From sequence record OR538032.1: a DNA stretch of 32,000 nt; one strand, given 5' to 3'. The notes under the pieces were generated by a model. The model saw nothing but the letters and a program-made list of their open reading frames with translations, was not told the DNA's origin and did not search any database. Source of the stretch: Vibrio phage PG216. The translations under genes were made by a program, and so were the position numbers. Each line of letters opens with the position of its first letter. The stretch's first letter is position 1. Of the stretch, positions 17,999 through 25,755 are shown piece after piece.

Positions 17999-18313
17999 AT
18001 GACTACTATCGTAAACTTCACTGCTGCAATCGAACTAACTACTAAAGCTCTTGTTGAAACTAACCGTATCGAGGGTCGTTTCTACAACTCACGCATCGGT
18101 CACGAGCAAGGTGAGCAAGCGAAAACTGACGCAGTTCGAGCGTTCAAAGTAATCGACAACAAAGTATATGCTGAAACTCGCAACTGCGTGTTCCATCTTC
18201 GCAATCTGTCTGCTCTTGCCCTAGCTGACTTCAATACTATCAACGCACCAGTGTACATGAAGAAAGCCGATGCTGAGTTCGACGAAATGGTTAAATCAGC
18301 CCTGTTCTCGTAA
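17999..18313 (+). CDS. Hypothetical protein
   Basis: 104 aa ORF after GAGAG. Confidence 0.7.
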   Translation: MTTIVNFTAAIELTTKALVETNRIEGRFYNSRIGHEQGEQAKTDAVRAFKVIDNKVYAETRNCVFHLRNLSALALADFNTINAPVYMKKADAEFDEMVKSALFS

Positions 18314-18765
18314 TGTACCCGAAGAATAAAAGCTATTATGACTTGGTGTATCTTGACATCGCCAAGTCATTTGCTAAGAAAAGCACCTGCAAACAGAAGC
18401 AAGTAGGTGCTGTCATCGTCAAGAATGATCGCATTATCTCACACGGTTACAATGGTACGCCGTCAGGCATGCTTCACTGTAAAGATACCGCTGACTTCGG
18501 TGATCTAACTCACCGTCAATGGTCAGAAATTCACGAGATTCATGCTGAACAAAACGCGATTTGCTACGCTGCACGCGCTGGCATATCTACTGAAGGCGCG
18601 ACTATGTACGTCACAGCGTCGCCGTGTCATAACTGTGCCAAGCTGATAGTCGCGGCTGGTATCAAAATTCTCATTGTAGGTTCGATTTACAGCGGTTCGC
18701 AACCCGATTGGTGGCACTGGCTACGTGATCGCGGTGTGAAAGTTATTATGTTCGAAGACGAATAA
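18313..18765 (+). CDS. cd: dCMP deaminase
   Basis: HAEQNAICYAAR and SPCHNCAKLIVAAGI zinc motifs; GYNGTPSG. Confidence 0.93.
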   Translation: MYPKNKSYYDLVYLDIAKSFAKKSTCKQKQVGAVIVKNDRIISHGYNGTPSGMLHCKDTADFGDLTHRQWSEIHEIHAEQNAICYAARAGISTEGATMYVTASPCHNCAKLIVAAGIKILIVGSIYSGSQPDWWHWLRDRGVKVIMFEDE

Positions 18766-18767
18766 TG

Positions 18768-18795
18768 TTTAATATAAGTAATTCGGACTTATAAT
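18768..18795 (+). promoter_or_regulatory. Candidate promoter with TATAAT -10 and overlapping inverted repeat TATAAGT/ACTTATA
   Basis: TATAAT 18790-18795; IR arms 18773-18779 and 18787-18793. Confidence 0.5.
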
Positions 18796-18819
18796 AGAGC
18801 TTTAACAAGAGAGAAACAT

Positions 18820-19746
18820 ATGAAAAGTACAATGTTTTTGAACAACATCACATGCATCGACCATGCATGGGTTGATGATATGGGTGAAATGAATGGTAAT
18901 AGCTACAATCTATGTGTAGAAATTACCGGTGAAGTTGACGAGACTGAACAAGTTGTTATTGATTTCAGTGGTTGTAAGAAAGCAATCAAACATCTTGTGG
19001 ATGATTCTGAATTCGCCATTGATCATCGTCTAGTCGTCGTTGACGGGTTTAGTGATGCAGTTCTTTCTCAAGTCGAAGATCGACTACGCATTCAAATCGA
19101 CACGCCGGTCTTTCATGCAGTGTCCACGGTTGACGACTGGTATCAAGTCATCAAGCCGAGCGAATTGATTGAAGCCGACTTTAAAATCCCTAGCGATTCT
19201 CTGTACATGTCGTATGTTACTGAGTATCTTGAAGATATGCTGCTTGAACAGCTACGCAAGCAAGGTTATCCCGTTACACACGTCGCTGTAGAGCTTTCAG
19301 AGTCGTTTGACTTACCATCATGGGCAAACAGTCACGTTGAATTCAATTACGCTCACGGACTGCGTTCAAGCACATCATACGGATGTCAGAACATTGCACA
19401 CGGTCATCGTTCATTCATTGCAGTAGATCAGCATTTGAACAGTAACGGTCGCAAGGTGCTGAAGCGCATTGCTAAAGAAATGAGCGGTTATATTGCTTGG
19501 TCAGAAAACATTCGCAAAGAAGATGAAGTGTCTTACACTTCAAAACGCGGCAACTTCTACTTGAGACACAGCAATATCAAAGTAATCCCGACGGAAACTA
19601 CAGTCGAAAATCTAGCCAATTACATTGCAACTACATACGAAGAAGAGTTCCAACGAATGGGAGTTCAGCGTGTGTGGGTATCTGAGGGTCTATCAAAAGG
19701 CTCGGTTGTAGACATCAAAATCAACAAAGAATTGCTCTATAAGTAA
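18820..19746 (+). CDS. queD: Double-domain QueD-like (6-carboxy-5,6,7,8-tetrahydropterin synthase family) protein
   Basis: N-half: IDHAW...GEMNGNSYNLCVEITGEVD...VVIDF...IDHRLVV. C-half: VEFNYAHG...GCQNIAHGHRSFI...PTETTVENLANYI...RVWVSEG. Both halves follow the QueD pattern. Confidence 0.75.
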   Translation: MKSTMFLNNITCIDHAWVDDMGEMNGNSYNLCVEITGEVDETEQVVIDFSGCKKAIKHLVDDSEFAIDHRLVVVDGFSDAVLSQVEDRLRIQIDTPVFHAVSTVDDWYQVIKPSELIEADFKIPSDSLYMSYVTEYLEDMLLEQLRKQGYPVTHVAVELSESFDLPSWANSHVEFNYAHGLRSSTSYGCQNIAHGHRSFIAVDQHLNSNGRKVLKRIAKEMSGYIAWSENIRKEDEVSYTSKRGNFYLRHSNIKVIPTETTVENLANYIATTYEEEFQRMGVQRVWVSEGLSKGSVVDIKINKELLYK

Positions 19747-19760
19747 TCAACAAATTAATG

Positions 19761-19795
19761 TTTAGTAGCACGTCTCGGCGTGCTATTATTGTTTT
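19761..19795 (+). terminator. Hairpin TAGCACG-tctcgg-CGTGCTA with T-rich tail, possibly overlapping a promoter (TTTAGT-N17-TATTAT)
   Basis: Stem 19766-19785; TATTAT 19784-19789. Confidence 0.65.
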
Positions 19796-19814
19796 CTATC
19801 AATGAGGAAATAGA

Positions 19815-20483
19815 ATGTTAGACAAAAATAAAGTAGATCCAGTACTTGGACAAAAAGTTGAAGCGCATCTTCGTAAAATCGGGATGCACACGCCGACTGT
19901 TGAAAACGGTCTAACTGATGATGAAAAGAAAGCTATTCTTGAAGATCGTTTCACTGACATCATGCAAGCTCTTGGTCTTGACTTATCAGACGATTCATTA
20001 GTTGATACTCCGAAGCGTTGGGCTAAGATGATGGTGAATGAGCTTATGAGCGGTCTATCGCCAGATATGTTCCCGAAATGTACTGCTGTAGACAACAAGA
20101 TGAACTACGATCAGATGGTTTGTGAAAAAGGAATTACTGTTCTTTCTCAGTGTGAGCATCACATCGTAACAATCGACGGCTTTGCCACTGTCGCATACAT
20201 TCCGAAGAACAAAGTTCTTGGTCTGTCGAAAATGAATCGCATCGTTGAGTACTTCGCTCGTCGTCCGCAGATTCAAGAACGTCTGACTGTTCAAATCGCT
20301 GAAGCACTGAAGTTCATTCTTGAAACTGAAGACGTAGCGGTATTGATCGACGCCAAACACTATTGCGTGAAAGCACGCGGTGTTGAAGATAACAACTCAA
20401 GCACAGTGACTAGCCACTTATCTGGTGCTTTCCGTAACGAACCAGAGGCTCGCGCTGAGTTTATGTCACTTGCACGAGGGTAA
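19815..20483 (+). CDS. folE: GTP cyclohydrolase I
   Basis: DTPKRWAKM, SQCEHHIVTIDGFATVAYIPKNKVLGLSKMNRIVEYFARRPQIQERLT, DAKHYCVKARG, SGAFR. Confidence 0.96.
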   Translation: MLDKNKVDPVLGQKVEAHLRKIGMHTPTVENGLTDDEKKAILEDRFTDIMQALGLDLSDDSLVDTPKRWAKMMVNELMSGLSPDMFPKCTAVDNKMNYDQMVCEKGITVLSQCEHHIVTIDGFATVAYIPKNKVLGLSKMNRIVEYFARRPQIQERLTVQIAEALKFILETEDVAVLIDAKHYCVKARGVEDNNSSTVTSHLSGAFRNEPEARAEFMSLARG

Positions 20484-20486
20484 TTG

Positions 20487-21863
20487 ATGATAATTGAATA
20501 CGTTATGTCTGCGACGGGTCATGCTCGTCTCGGCGCAGCACATAAGCTAATGGACGTGGTTGACACGTCCTATTTGCGCGACATTTTAAATGCAGCGCAA
20601 GATCTCGACGGCGTTCACAAAATCAGTATGCTGTACAATGCATATACTGAAAAGAAAGTCGGTCATCAAATCAATGACTTGTTCGGTGATTCTGTATACA
20701 AGGTACACGTCGATTCGGGTGGTCTACAGATAGTCAACTTGGGTTTAGAGAACACGCCCGAACTTCGCAAAGCAGTATACGAGAATCAAGCAGAATCTGG
20801 TGATATTGGCATGTGTTTTGACGAAATCCCATTGCACAACGAAGCAAAGGGTGGTGGCGCTGCTCGTATCAACACGAAAGACAAGGTCTTCATGTATGAT
20901 CTAGCGTACAAGTACGGCGTCAAAACAGGTAAGAACATTCGCGCACAAATCGAAACTTATATCGAGAAGGGTAGCAAATGCAAACCGTATATCATCTTAC
21001 AAGGCAACTCAGACGACGACTTTAAAGCATTCAGTGACGGGATTATGTCTCAACTCGAAGGCGTTGAAGATCACATTGCTGGTTGTGCTGCTGCCGATAC
21101 ATGCATTGGTAATGGCGTACGTGAGTCTATCGACATGATGAGCGTCATTCCGAAACTCAACATCCCAGAGAAAGCAAAGAAATCAGTGCATATGCTGGGA
21201 GTTGGCTCAGTTAAACGTCTATTGCCTGCTGTAGCACTTATCAGAAGTGGTTATTTTGGTGATGACTTTCATATCAGCTATGACTCATCAACGCATACTG
21301 GATGTCTGACTAACCGAGAATACACAGACAAGCTTGGTCGCCGTCGTAAAATCTCAGGTCACGGAATTATGAAAGATGGTAAGAAATTGCCTTCTCGTGA
21401 GCTTGATGAAATGCTAGATGAAGTGTGGGGTCGATTCGGTCATACTCTACCGCGTAGCAAAGAAGAGTTCAAGGAATTCGCGACACGTCTGTGGTTGAAA
21501 GAACTCGACAAAGAAACAATGACTGACGAAGATATTGTGTTTGAAGTTGCTTGCAACTTGTGTATAATCTTATCACAAGTCAACAACTTTCAAGCGATTA
21601 TCTCTGAAACGTTTGACTTGAATACGCCAAAAGCTGCTGATTTGTCAGCGTTCTTCGGTGGTTCTATTGAGAAAAAAGAGCCGCAAGAGGGATTCAAGAA
21701 GTGGTCAGCGATTCGTCGTCTTGATGTTCTTGATAAACTACTTGACGTTAAAACTATCGAAGCATATGATCGCTGGCACAGTAGCTATGTTGATAGACTA
21801 CCGTCAATGCGCATTCGTCGCGGCACAACTGCTGAATTCCCAGCTTTCAAAGAACAAGAATAG
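20487..21863 (+). CDS. dpdA: DpdA/TGT-like DNA 7-deazaguanine transglycosylase
   Basis: TGT-type HVDSGGLQIVN and GMCFDEIP motifs, YILQGNSDDDF, MLGVGSVKRLLP; embedded between folE and queF/queC. Confidence 0.85.
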   Translation: MIIEYVMSATGHARLGAAHKLMDVVDTSYLRDILNAAQDLDGVHKISMLYNAYTEKKVGHQINDLFGDSVYKVHVDSGGLQIVNLGLENTPELRKAVYENQAESGDIGMCFDEIPLHNEAKGGGAARINTKDKVFMYDLAYKYGVKTGKNIRAQIETYIEKGSKCKPYIILQGNSDDDFKAFSDGIMSQLEGVEDHIAGCAAADTCIGNGVRESIDMMSVIPKLNIPEKAKKSVHMLGVGSVKRLLPAVALIRSGYFGDDFHISYDSSTHTGCLTNREYTDKLGRRRKISGHGIMKDGKKLPSRELDEMLDEVWGRFGHTLPRSKEEFKEFATRLWLKELDKETMTDEDIVFEVACNLCIILSQVNNFQAIISETFDLNTPKAADLSAFFGGSIEKKEPQEGFKKWSAIRRLDVLDKLLDVKTIEAYDRWHSSYVDRLPSMRIRRGTTAEFPAFKEQE

Positions 21864-21892
21864 CGCCTTCGGGCGCTCTTTATGAGGTAAAC

Positions 21893-22801
21893 ATGAGCAA
21901 TTATGATCAAGTTTCAGCTATTGCTGCTGAACATTTAGGTAAAAAAGCTGGCGATTACAGCGATTTCGTTGACATCGTAGAAGTTCGCCCTGATTTACTC
22001 GTGCCAATCCCGCGTGAACTGAATCGAACTGACTACGGTATCACAAATGAAGACTTTGCAGGGTTTGATACGTGGCATGGCTTCGAAGTTTCTGCACTGA
22101 CTGAACAAGGTCTGCCTGTATCAGGCATGGCTAAAGTAGTGTATCCGAGTGATTCACCGAACATCGTTGAAAGTAAATCAATGAAACTGTACTGGAACAG
22201 CTTCAACATGGCTAAAGTCGCTGCGACTCGTGCTGAAGTGAAAGATGCAATTGAAGCAATCGCGTCGCGTGATCTATCTGAAGTCATCGGTGCGCCTGTT
22301 CAAGTAAGTTTCTTCACTGAAAAACTAACTCAACCGCATGGTATGACTGGCTTTGCTGAACTCGACAAATATGTTTCTGAATCGACTGTGTTTGACTCTG
22401 AGAGTGGTGCTGACGCTGATCTATTGCAAGAGTCGCACATCAAGAAACTGAAAGTGTTCACGCCTAATCTGCGTTCAAACTGTCGCGTTACACATCAACC
22501 CGACTTCGGTGATTTGTACGTATACATGAGCGGCGAAAAGACTCCGACTGTTGATAGTCTGATGCAATACATCGTTTCTTTCCGCAAAGAGAATCATTTC
22601 CATGAAGAATGCGTTGAAATGATTTACAAAGCGTTGCTTGACAAGTTCGACCCGACTGAACTGATGGTCACAGCGTTATACACACGTCGCGGTGGATGGA
22701 ATATCTGTCCAGCACGAGCGACACACGAAGAGCTATTGCCAGAAGCACTTGGTAGTAAATCTGTCTCGCACACTAACGGAAGTTGTTTATTCCGTCAGTA
22801 A
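21893..22801 (+). CDS. queF: NADPH-dependent 7-cyano-7-deazaguanine reductase, bimodular QueF
   Basis: NIVESKSMKLYWNSFNM, LRSNCRVTHQPDFG (catalytic Cys and Asp), VSFRKENHFHEECVE, YTRRGGWNICP match long E. coli-type QueF. Confidence 0.95.
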   Translation: MSNYDQVSAIAAEHLGKKAGDYSDFVDIVEVRPDLLVPIPRELNRTDYGITNEDFAGFDTWHGFEVSALTEQGLPVSGMAKVVYPSDSPNIVESKSMKLYWNSFNMAKVAATRAEVKDAIEAIASRDLSEVIGAPVQVSFFTEKLTQPHGMTGFAELDKYVSESTVFDSESGADADLLQESHIKKLKVFTPNLRSNCRVTHQPDFGDLYVYMSGEKTPTVDSLMQYIVSFRKENHFHEECVEMIYKALLDKFDPTELMVTALYTRRGGWNICPARATHEELLPEALGSKSVSHTNGSCLFRQ

Positions 22802-22812
22802 TAAGAGCTATG

Positions 22813-22838
22813 ATGAGTGTTCAATTGTGAGCACTCAT
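22813..22838 (+). promoter_or_regulatory. 11-bp hairpin ATGAGTGTTCA-ATTG-TGAGCACTCAT between queF and queC
   Basis: 10 Watson-Crick pairs plus one G-U; no T tract follows. Confidence 0.6.
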
Positions 22839-22856
22839 ATACTTGAGAGGTTAAAA

Positions 22857-23573
22857 ATGAAAGTAGTATCTGTTCTAAGCGGTGGCTTGGACTCAACAAT
22901 CCTTACGTACAAACTAGTTGACGAATTCGGCAAAGACAATGTGTTTGCATTATCGTTCTACTACGGTCAAAAACAGTCGATTGAGCTAGAAAAAGCTAAA
23001 TTGACTTGTCAAAAGCTCGGCATCGAGCATCGTCTAATTGACATTTCATTCTTAGGTGAAGTCGTCGCGCCAGTCTGTGCGAATATCGCTGGTTCAGATG
23101 TTGCTATGCCAACTATTCAAGATGTTCTCGGTGACCCTCAGCCACCAACTGAAGTTCCATATCGTAACATGCTATTGAACACAATCGCGTTCTCATTCGC
23201 ACAAGCAAATGGTTGTTCAGCGGTGTTTACGGGTATTCAAGTGCATGACGCATATGGTTATTGGGACTGCACGCAAGATTTTCTTGACGGTATGAACAAA
23301 ATTTCAGCACTGAATCGTCAACACGAAATCACATTACATGCGCCGTTCGCTCAAATGTCAAAAGCTGATGAAATCGCTATCGGTGTTGAGCTTGGTGTGC
23401 CGTTCGAGGATAGTCTGACTTGTTACGACCCGAACGAAGCTGGCGAAAGCTGTGGTAAATGTCCGTCGTGTGCTGAACGCATCATGAACTTCGGCAAAGC
23501 TGGTATAGTCGATCCTGCGCCTTACTCAATTGACATCCCGTGGAAGCAAGTATTTGCTAAGGCAGGTCATTAA
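22857..23573 (+). CDS. queC: 7-cyano-7-deazaguanine synthase QueC
   Basis: VLSGGLDSTI PP-loop, VPYRNML, LTCYDPNEAGESCGKCPSCAERI; ATG 22857 after GAGAGG. Confidence 0.96.
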   Translation: MKVVSVLSGGLDSTILTYKLVDEFGKDNVFALSFYYGQKQSIELEKAKLTCQKLGIEHRLIDISFLGEVVAPVCANIAGSDVAMPTIQDVLGDPQPPTEVPYRNMLLNTIAFSFAQANGCSAVFTGIQVHDAYGYWDCTQDFLDGMNKISALNRQHEITLHAPFAQMSKADEIAIGVELGVPFEDSLTCYDPNEAGESCGKCPSCAERIMNFGKAGIVDPAPYSIDIPWKQVFAKAGH

Positions 23574-24181
23574 TGTGTGGATTATTTGCTGCTAGAAGCA
23601 AGCAAGAGCTTATTGAATTGTCAAAAAGCAACATTCATCGTGGTTCGCGTACTCACTCTGTGAGTACGTTTAAGAACGGTCACGTGACGATTCATAAGTT
23701 TACAGGCGCGTTTGACGCGACGAATGTTCCCGATAGTGCAGATTTTTATATTTGTCACGTACAAGCACCGACGGGAACAAGTGCTCAAGCACATCCCGCT
23801 ATTGTGACAATCGAAGAGAATGGCCAATTACACGATTCACACGTGTGGCACAATGGCATTCTTAAAGATCATTACATGAAAAAGCAGTCTCAAGATTGGG
23901 ATACTGCACACATTGCCGAAGCAATTTGCTACGGAAAACTAAACGAACTTGACGGTACATTTGCTTGTTTTCACTTCATAAACGGTCATTTGCGTGTATT
24001 TCGCAATGAAATCAGCCCGCTGTTCATGAGTGAAGACGGGACATCGTTTAGCAGCACGCGAACGATTCTCACGCCAGAGCATGTTGAGCCGAATAAAGTG
24101 TTTAACATCGACTTGAAGACGTTTAAAATGTCAATCGTAAACGAGTTCAAGACTCTAGAAAACCCCTATTTCTTTATGTGA
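23573..24181 (+). CDS. Stand-alone class-II (Ntn) glutamine amidotransferase domain, Gat-QueC-like partner
   Basis: MCGLFAARS (Cys2 nucleophile), NIHRGSRTHS, CHVQAPTGTSAQAHPAI, VWHNGIL, DGTFACFHF; start overlaps queC stop. Confidence 0.85.
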   Translation: MCGLFAARSKQELIELSKSNIHRGSRTHSVSTFKNGHVTIHKFTGAFDATNVPDSADFYICHVQAPTGTSAQAHPAIVTIEENGQLHDSHVWHNGILKDHYMKKQSQDWDTAHIAEAICYGKLNELDGTFACFHFINGHLRVFRNEISPLFMSEDGTSFSSTRTILTPEHVEPNKVFNIDLKTFKMSIVNEFKTLENPYFFM

Positions 24182-24189
24182 GGTAAAAC

Positions 24190-24465
24190 ATGATTGAAGT
24201 GAATATCGACGACTTGCTTAAAAACGGCAAAGTCACATTTGAATTTGAGAAAGCAGACGGTACTATCAAGACAGTGACTGGTACGCGCAATCTCGATTTC
24301 ATCCCTGCTGAGTTTCACCCGAAAGAAAAGCCTTTAGCTGAAGGCGAGACGAAGCCAGAGAAAACAGAAAAGCAAAAAGCAACATGCGGTTATTTCGATC
24401 TTGAAGCTAACGGCTGGCGCTCATTCAAACGTGCAAATCTTCGCGAAGTAAAATCGTTTGTATAA
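24190..24465 (+). CDS. Hypothetical protein
   Basis: 91 aa ORF following amidotransferase. Confidence 0.7.
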   Translation: MIEVNIDDLLKNGKVTFEFEKADGTIKTVTGTRNLDFIPAEFHPKEKPLAEGETKPEKTEKQKATCGYFDLEANGWRSFKRANLREVKSFV

Positions 24466-24658
24466 CGACCCGTTTGCTGAACAATTGCGCGTCGGACAGT
24501 GGATTCTTCACAAGAAGACGGGTAATGTGTATATAGTAACGAGTAAAGGCAAACTCAAGTTCGACGGTAAATGGTATAATTCTGTCACTTACACGAGCGA
24601 ACTAGGCGACGTATATACAAGAACATACGACGACTTCCGCGGGTTTGAACTAGCATAA
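24458..24658 (+). CDS. Hypothetical protein (TTG start, uncertain)
   Basis: 66 aa ORF. Confidence 0.5.
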   Translation: MYNDPFAEQLRVGQWILHKKTGNVYIVTSKGKLKFDGKWYNSVTYTSELGDVYTRTYDDFRGFELA

Positions 24659-24661
24659 GTC

Positions 24662-24700
24662 CGCACTGAGAGACGGTCGCAGTGCGCTGATAAAACAGCG
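24662..24700 (+). promoter_or_regulatory. Two overlapping stem-loops: CGCACTG/CAGTGCG and CGCTG/CAGCG
   Basis: Stem 1 24662-24668 with 24680-24686; stem 2 24685-24689 with 24696-24700; they share CG at 24685-24686. Confidence 0.4.
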
Positions 24701-24763
24701 ATCAACAAATAGGAGTGATGGGCCCTAACTCATCAATTCATCAACTTTCGTGAGATCTATATA

Positions 24764-24970
24764 ATGGCTACAGATAAAGAATTACTCAATGACGTAAACA
24801 ACTTCTGGATTGGTTGGGATCAACGCGGTCCCGAGAGTCGAGATTACGATGTTGAGCACGGTAATATGCGCAAGAAATGTCGTGAGTTTGAAGAGCGTAA
24901 GAAAGCTACAGACGAACGCATTGCAGCATTTGAAGAAACACGAAGCAAATACAAAAGACGAGAGAAATAA
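24764..24970 (+). CDS. Hypothetical protein
   Basis: 68 aa charged ORF. Confidence 0.65.
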   Translation: MATDKELLNDVNNFWIGWDQRGPESRDYDVEHGNMRKKCREFEERKKATDERIAAFEETRSKYKRREK

Positions 24971-25308
24971 TGACACTTAAAGCATACGCAATGGGCGAAC
25001 AAATCATCATCGACACAAAAGCTGTTAAAGAAGGTGAAGAAATCAAATCCGAAGGCGGCATCGTTCTAGGACGTGCAACACAAGGTGAAGTTCCGCTACA
25101 CGGTATCGTAATTTCTGTCGGTGAAGACGTTGACCAAAACGTCATCAAAGTCGGTGATAAAGTTCTATTACCACAAGGCAATATGAAAAACGTTCCAGAT
25201 CCACGCATTATCGCAGGTATCATGAAGCCAGATGATCAAGACCGCGCACTCTGGGTACACACTCACTACAAAAATATCGCGGCTGTGTATCGCGACGACG
25301 AGGAATAA
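24970..25308 (+). CDS. 31: T4 gp31-like GroES-type cochaperonin
   Basis: MGEQIIIDTK...GGIVLGRATQGEVPLHGIVISVGEDV...VGDKVLLPQGNMKNVPDPRIIAGI...HYKNIAAVYR parallels T4 gp31. Confidence 0.88.
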   Translation: MTLKAYAMGEQIIIDTKAVKEGEEIKSEGGIVLGRATQGEVPLHGIVISVGEDVDQNVIKVGDKVLLPQGNMKNVPDPRIIAGIMKPDDQDRALWVHTHYKNIAAVYRDDEE

Positions 25309-25309
25309 G

Positions 25310-25699
25310 ATGAACGACAACTTACGAATGATTGAAGTTTCAGCAACTGGTTACTACAGCAACGCTACAGCGGCACATACTTGTTGGGTGACTGCTGAAT
25401 TCGTTGAGAAGTACGAAGACGAAATCAGAAAGTTCGATTTCTACTTCAGCGACCTTGATGGTAAGCATTCTGAAACTCATGCTGATATTGAAATCTACTC
25501 TGACCAACGTGATATGGCATTGGCGTGGAGCGAATCTCAAGGTGAAGATTGGTCAATTACTGAAATCATGTTCGACCAAGATGTGTTTGAAGATGCTGAT
25601 ATTGAAGAAATGATCAGCTTGAACGAAGACATGAACAACACGATTGAAGTCAAGACACAAACAGTCATCACAATCGGTACTGAAACTATCGTTGTATAA
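25310..25699 (+). CDS. Acidic hypothetical protein
   Basis: ATG at 25310 (MNDNLRMIEVSATGYY...); strongly Asp/Glu-rich. Confidence 0.7.
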   Translation: MNDNLRMIEVSATGYYSNATAAHTCWVTAEFVEKYEDEIRKFDFYFSDLDGKHSETHADIEIYSDQRDMALAWSESQGEDWSITEIMFDQDVFEDADIEEMISLNEDMNNTIEVKTQTVITIGTETIVV

Positions 25700-25729
25700 T
25701 TCAGCGAAAAGTGAAAGTATAGTTACACA

Positions 25730-25755
25730 AAAGGGAGCTAATTGCTCCCTTTTTG
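25730..25755. terminator. Bidirectional terminator AAAAGGGAGC-taatt-GCTCCCTTTTT
   Basis: 10-bp stem between convergent genes. Confidence 0.85.

Noticed and set aside
19799-20360. Minus-strand ORFs opposite folE
   Set aside because: Antisense shadows of a strongly conserved enzyme gene.
24662-24710. tRNA-like or canonical preQ1 riboswitch identity for the hairpin pair
   Set aside because: The fold lacks acceptor/T-arm features and the loop/tail do not match the preQ1-I consensus; kept only as an unexplained structure.
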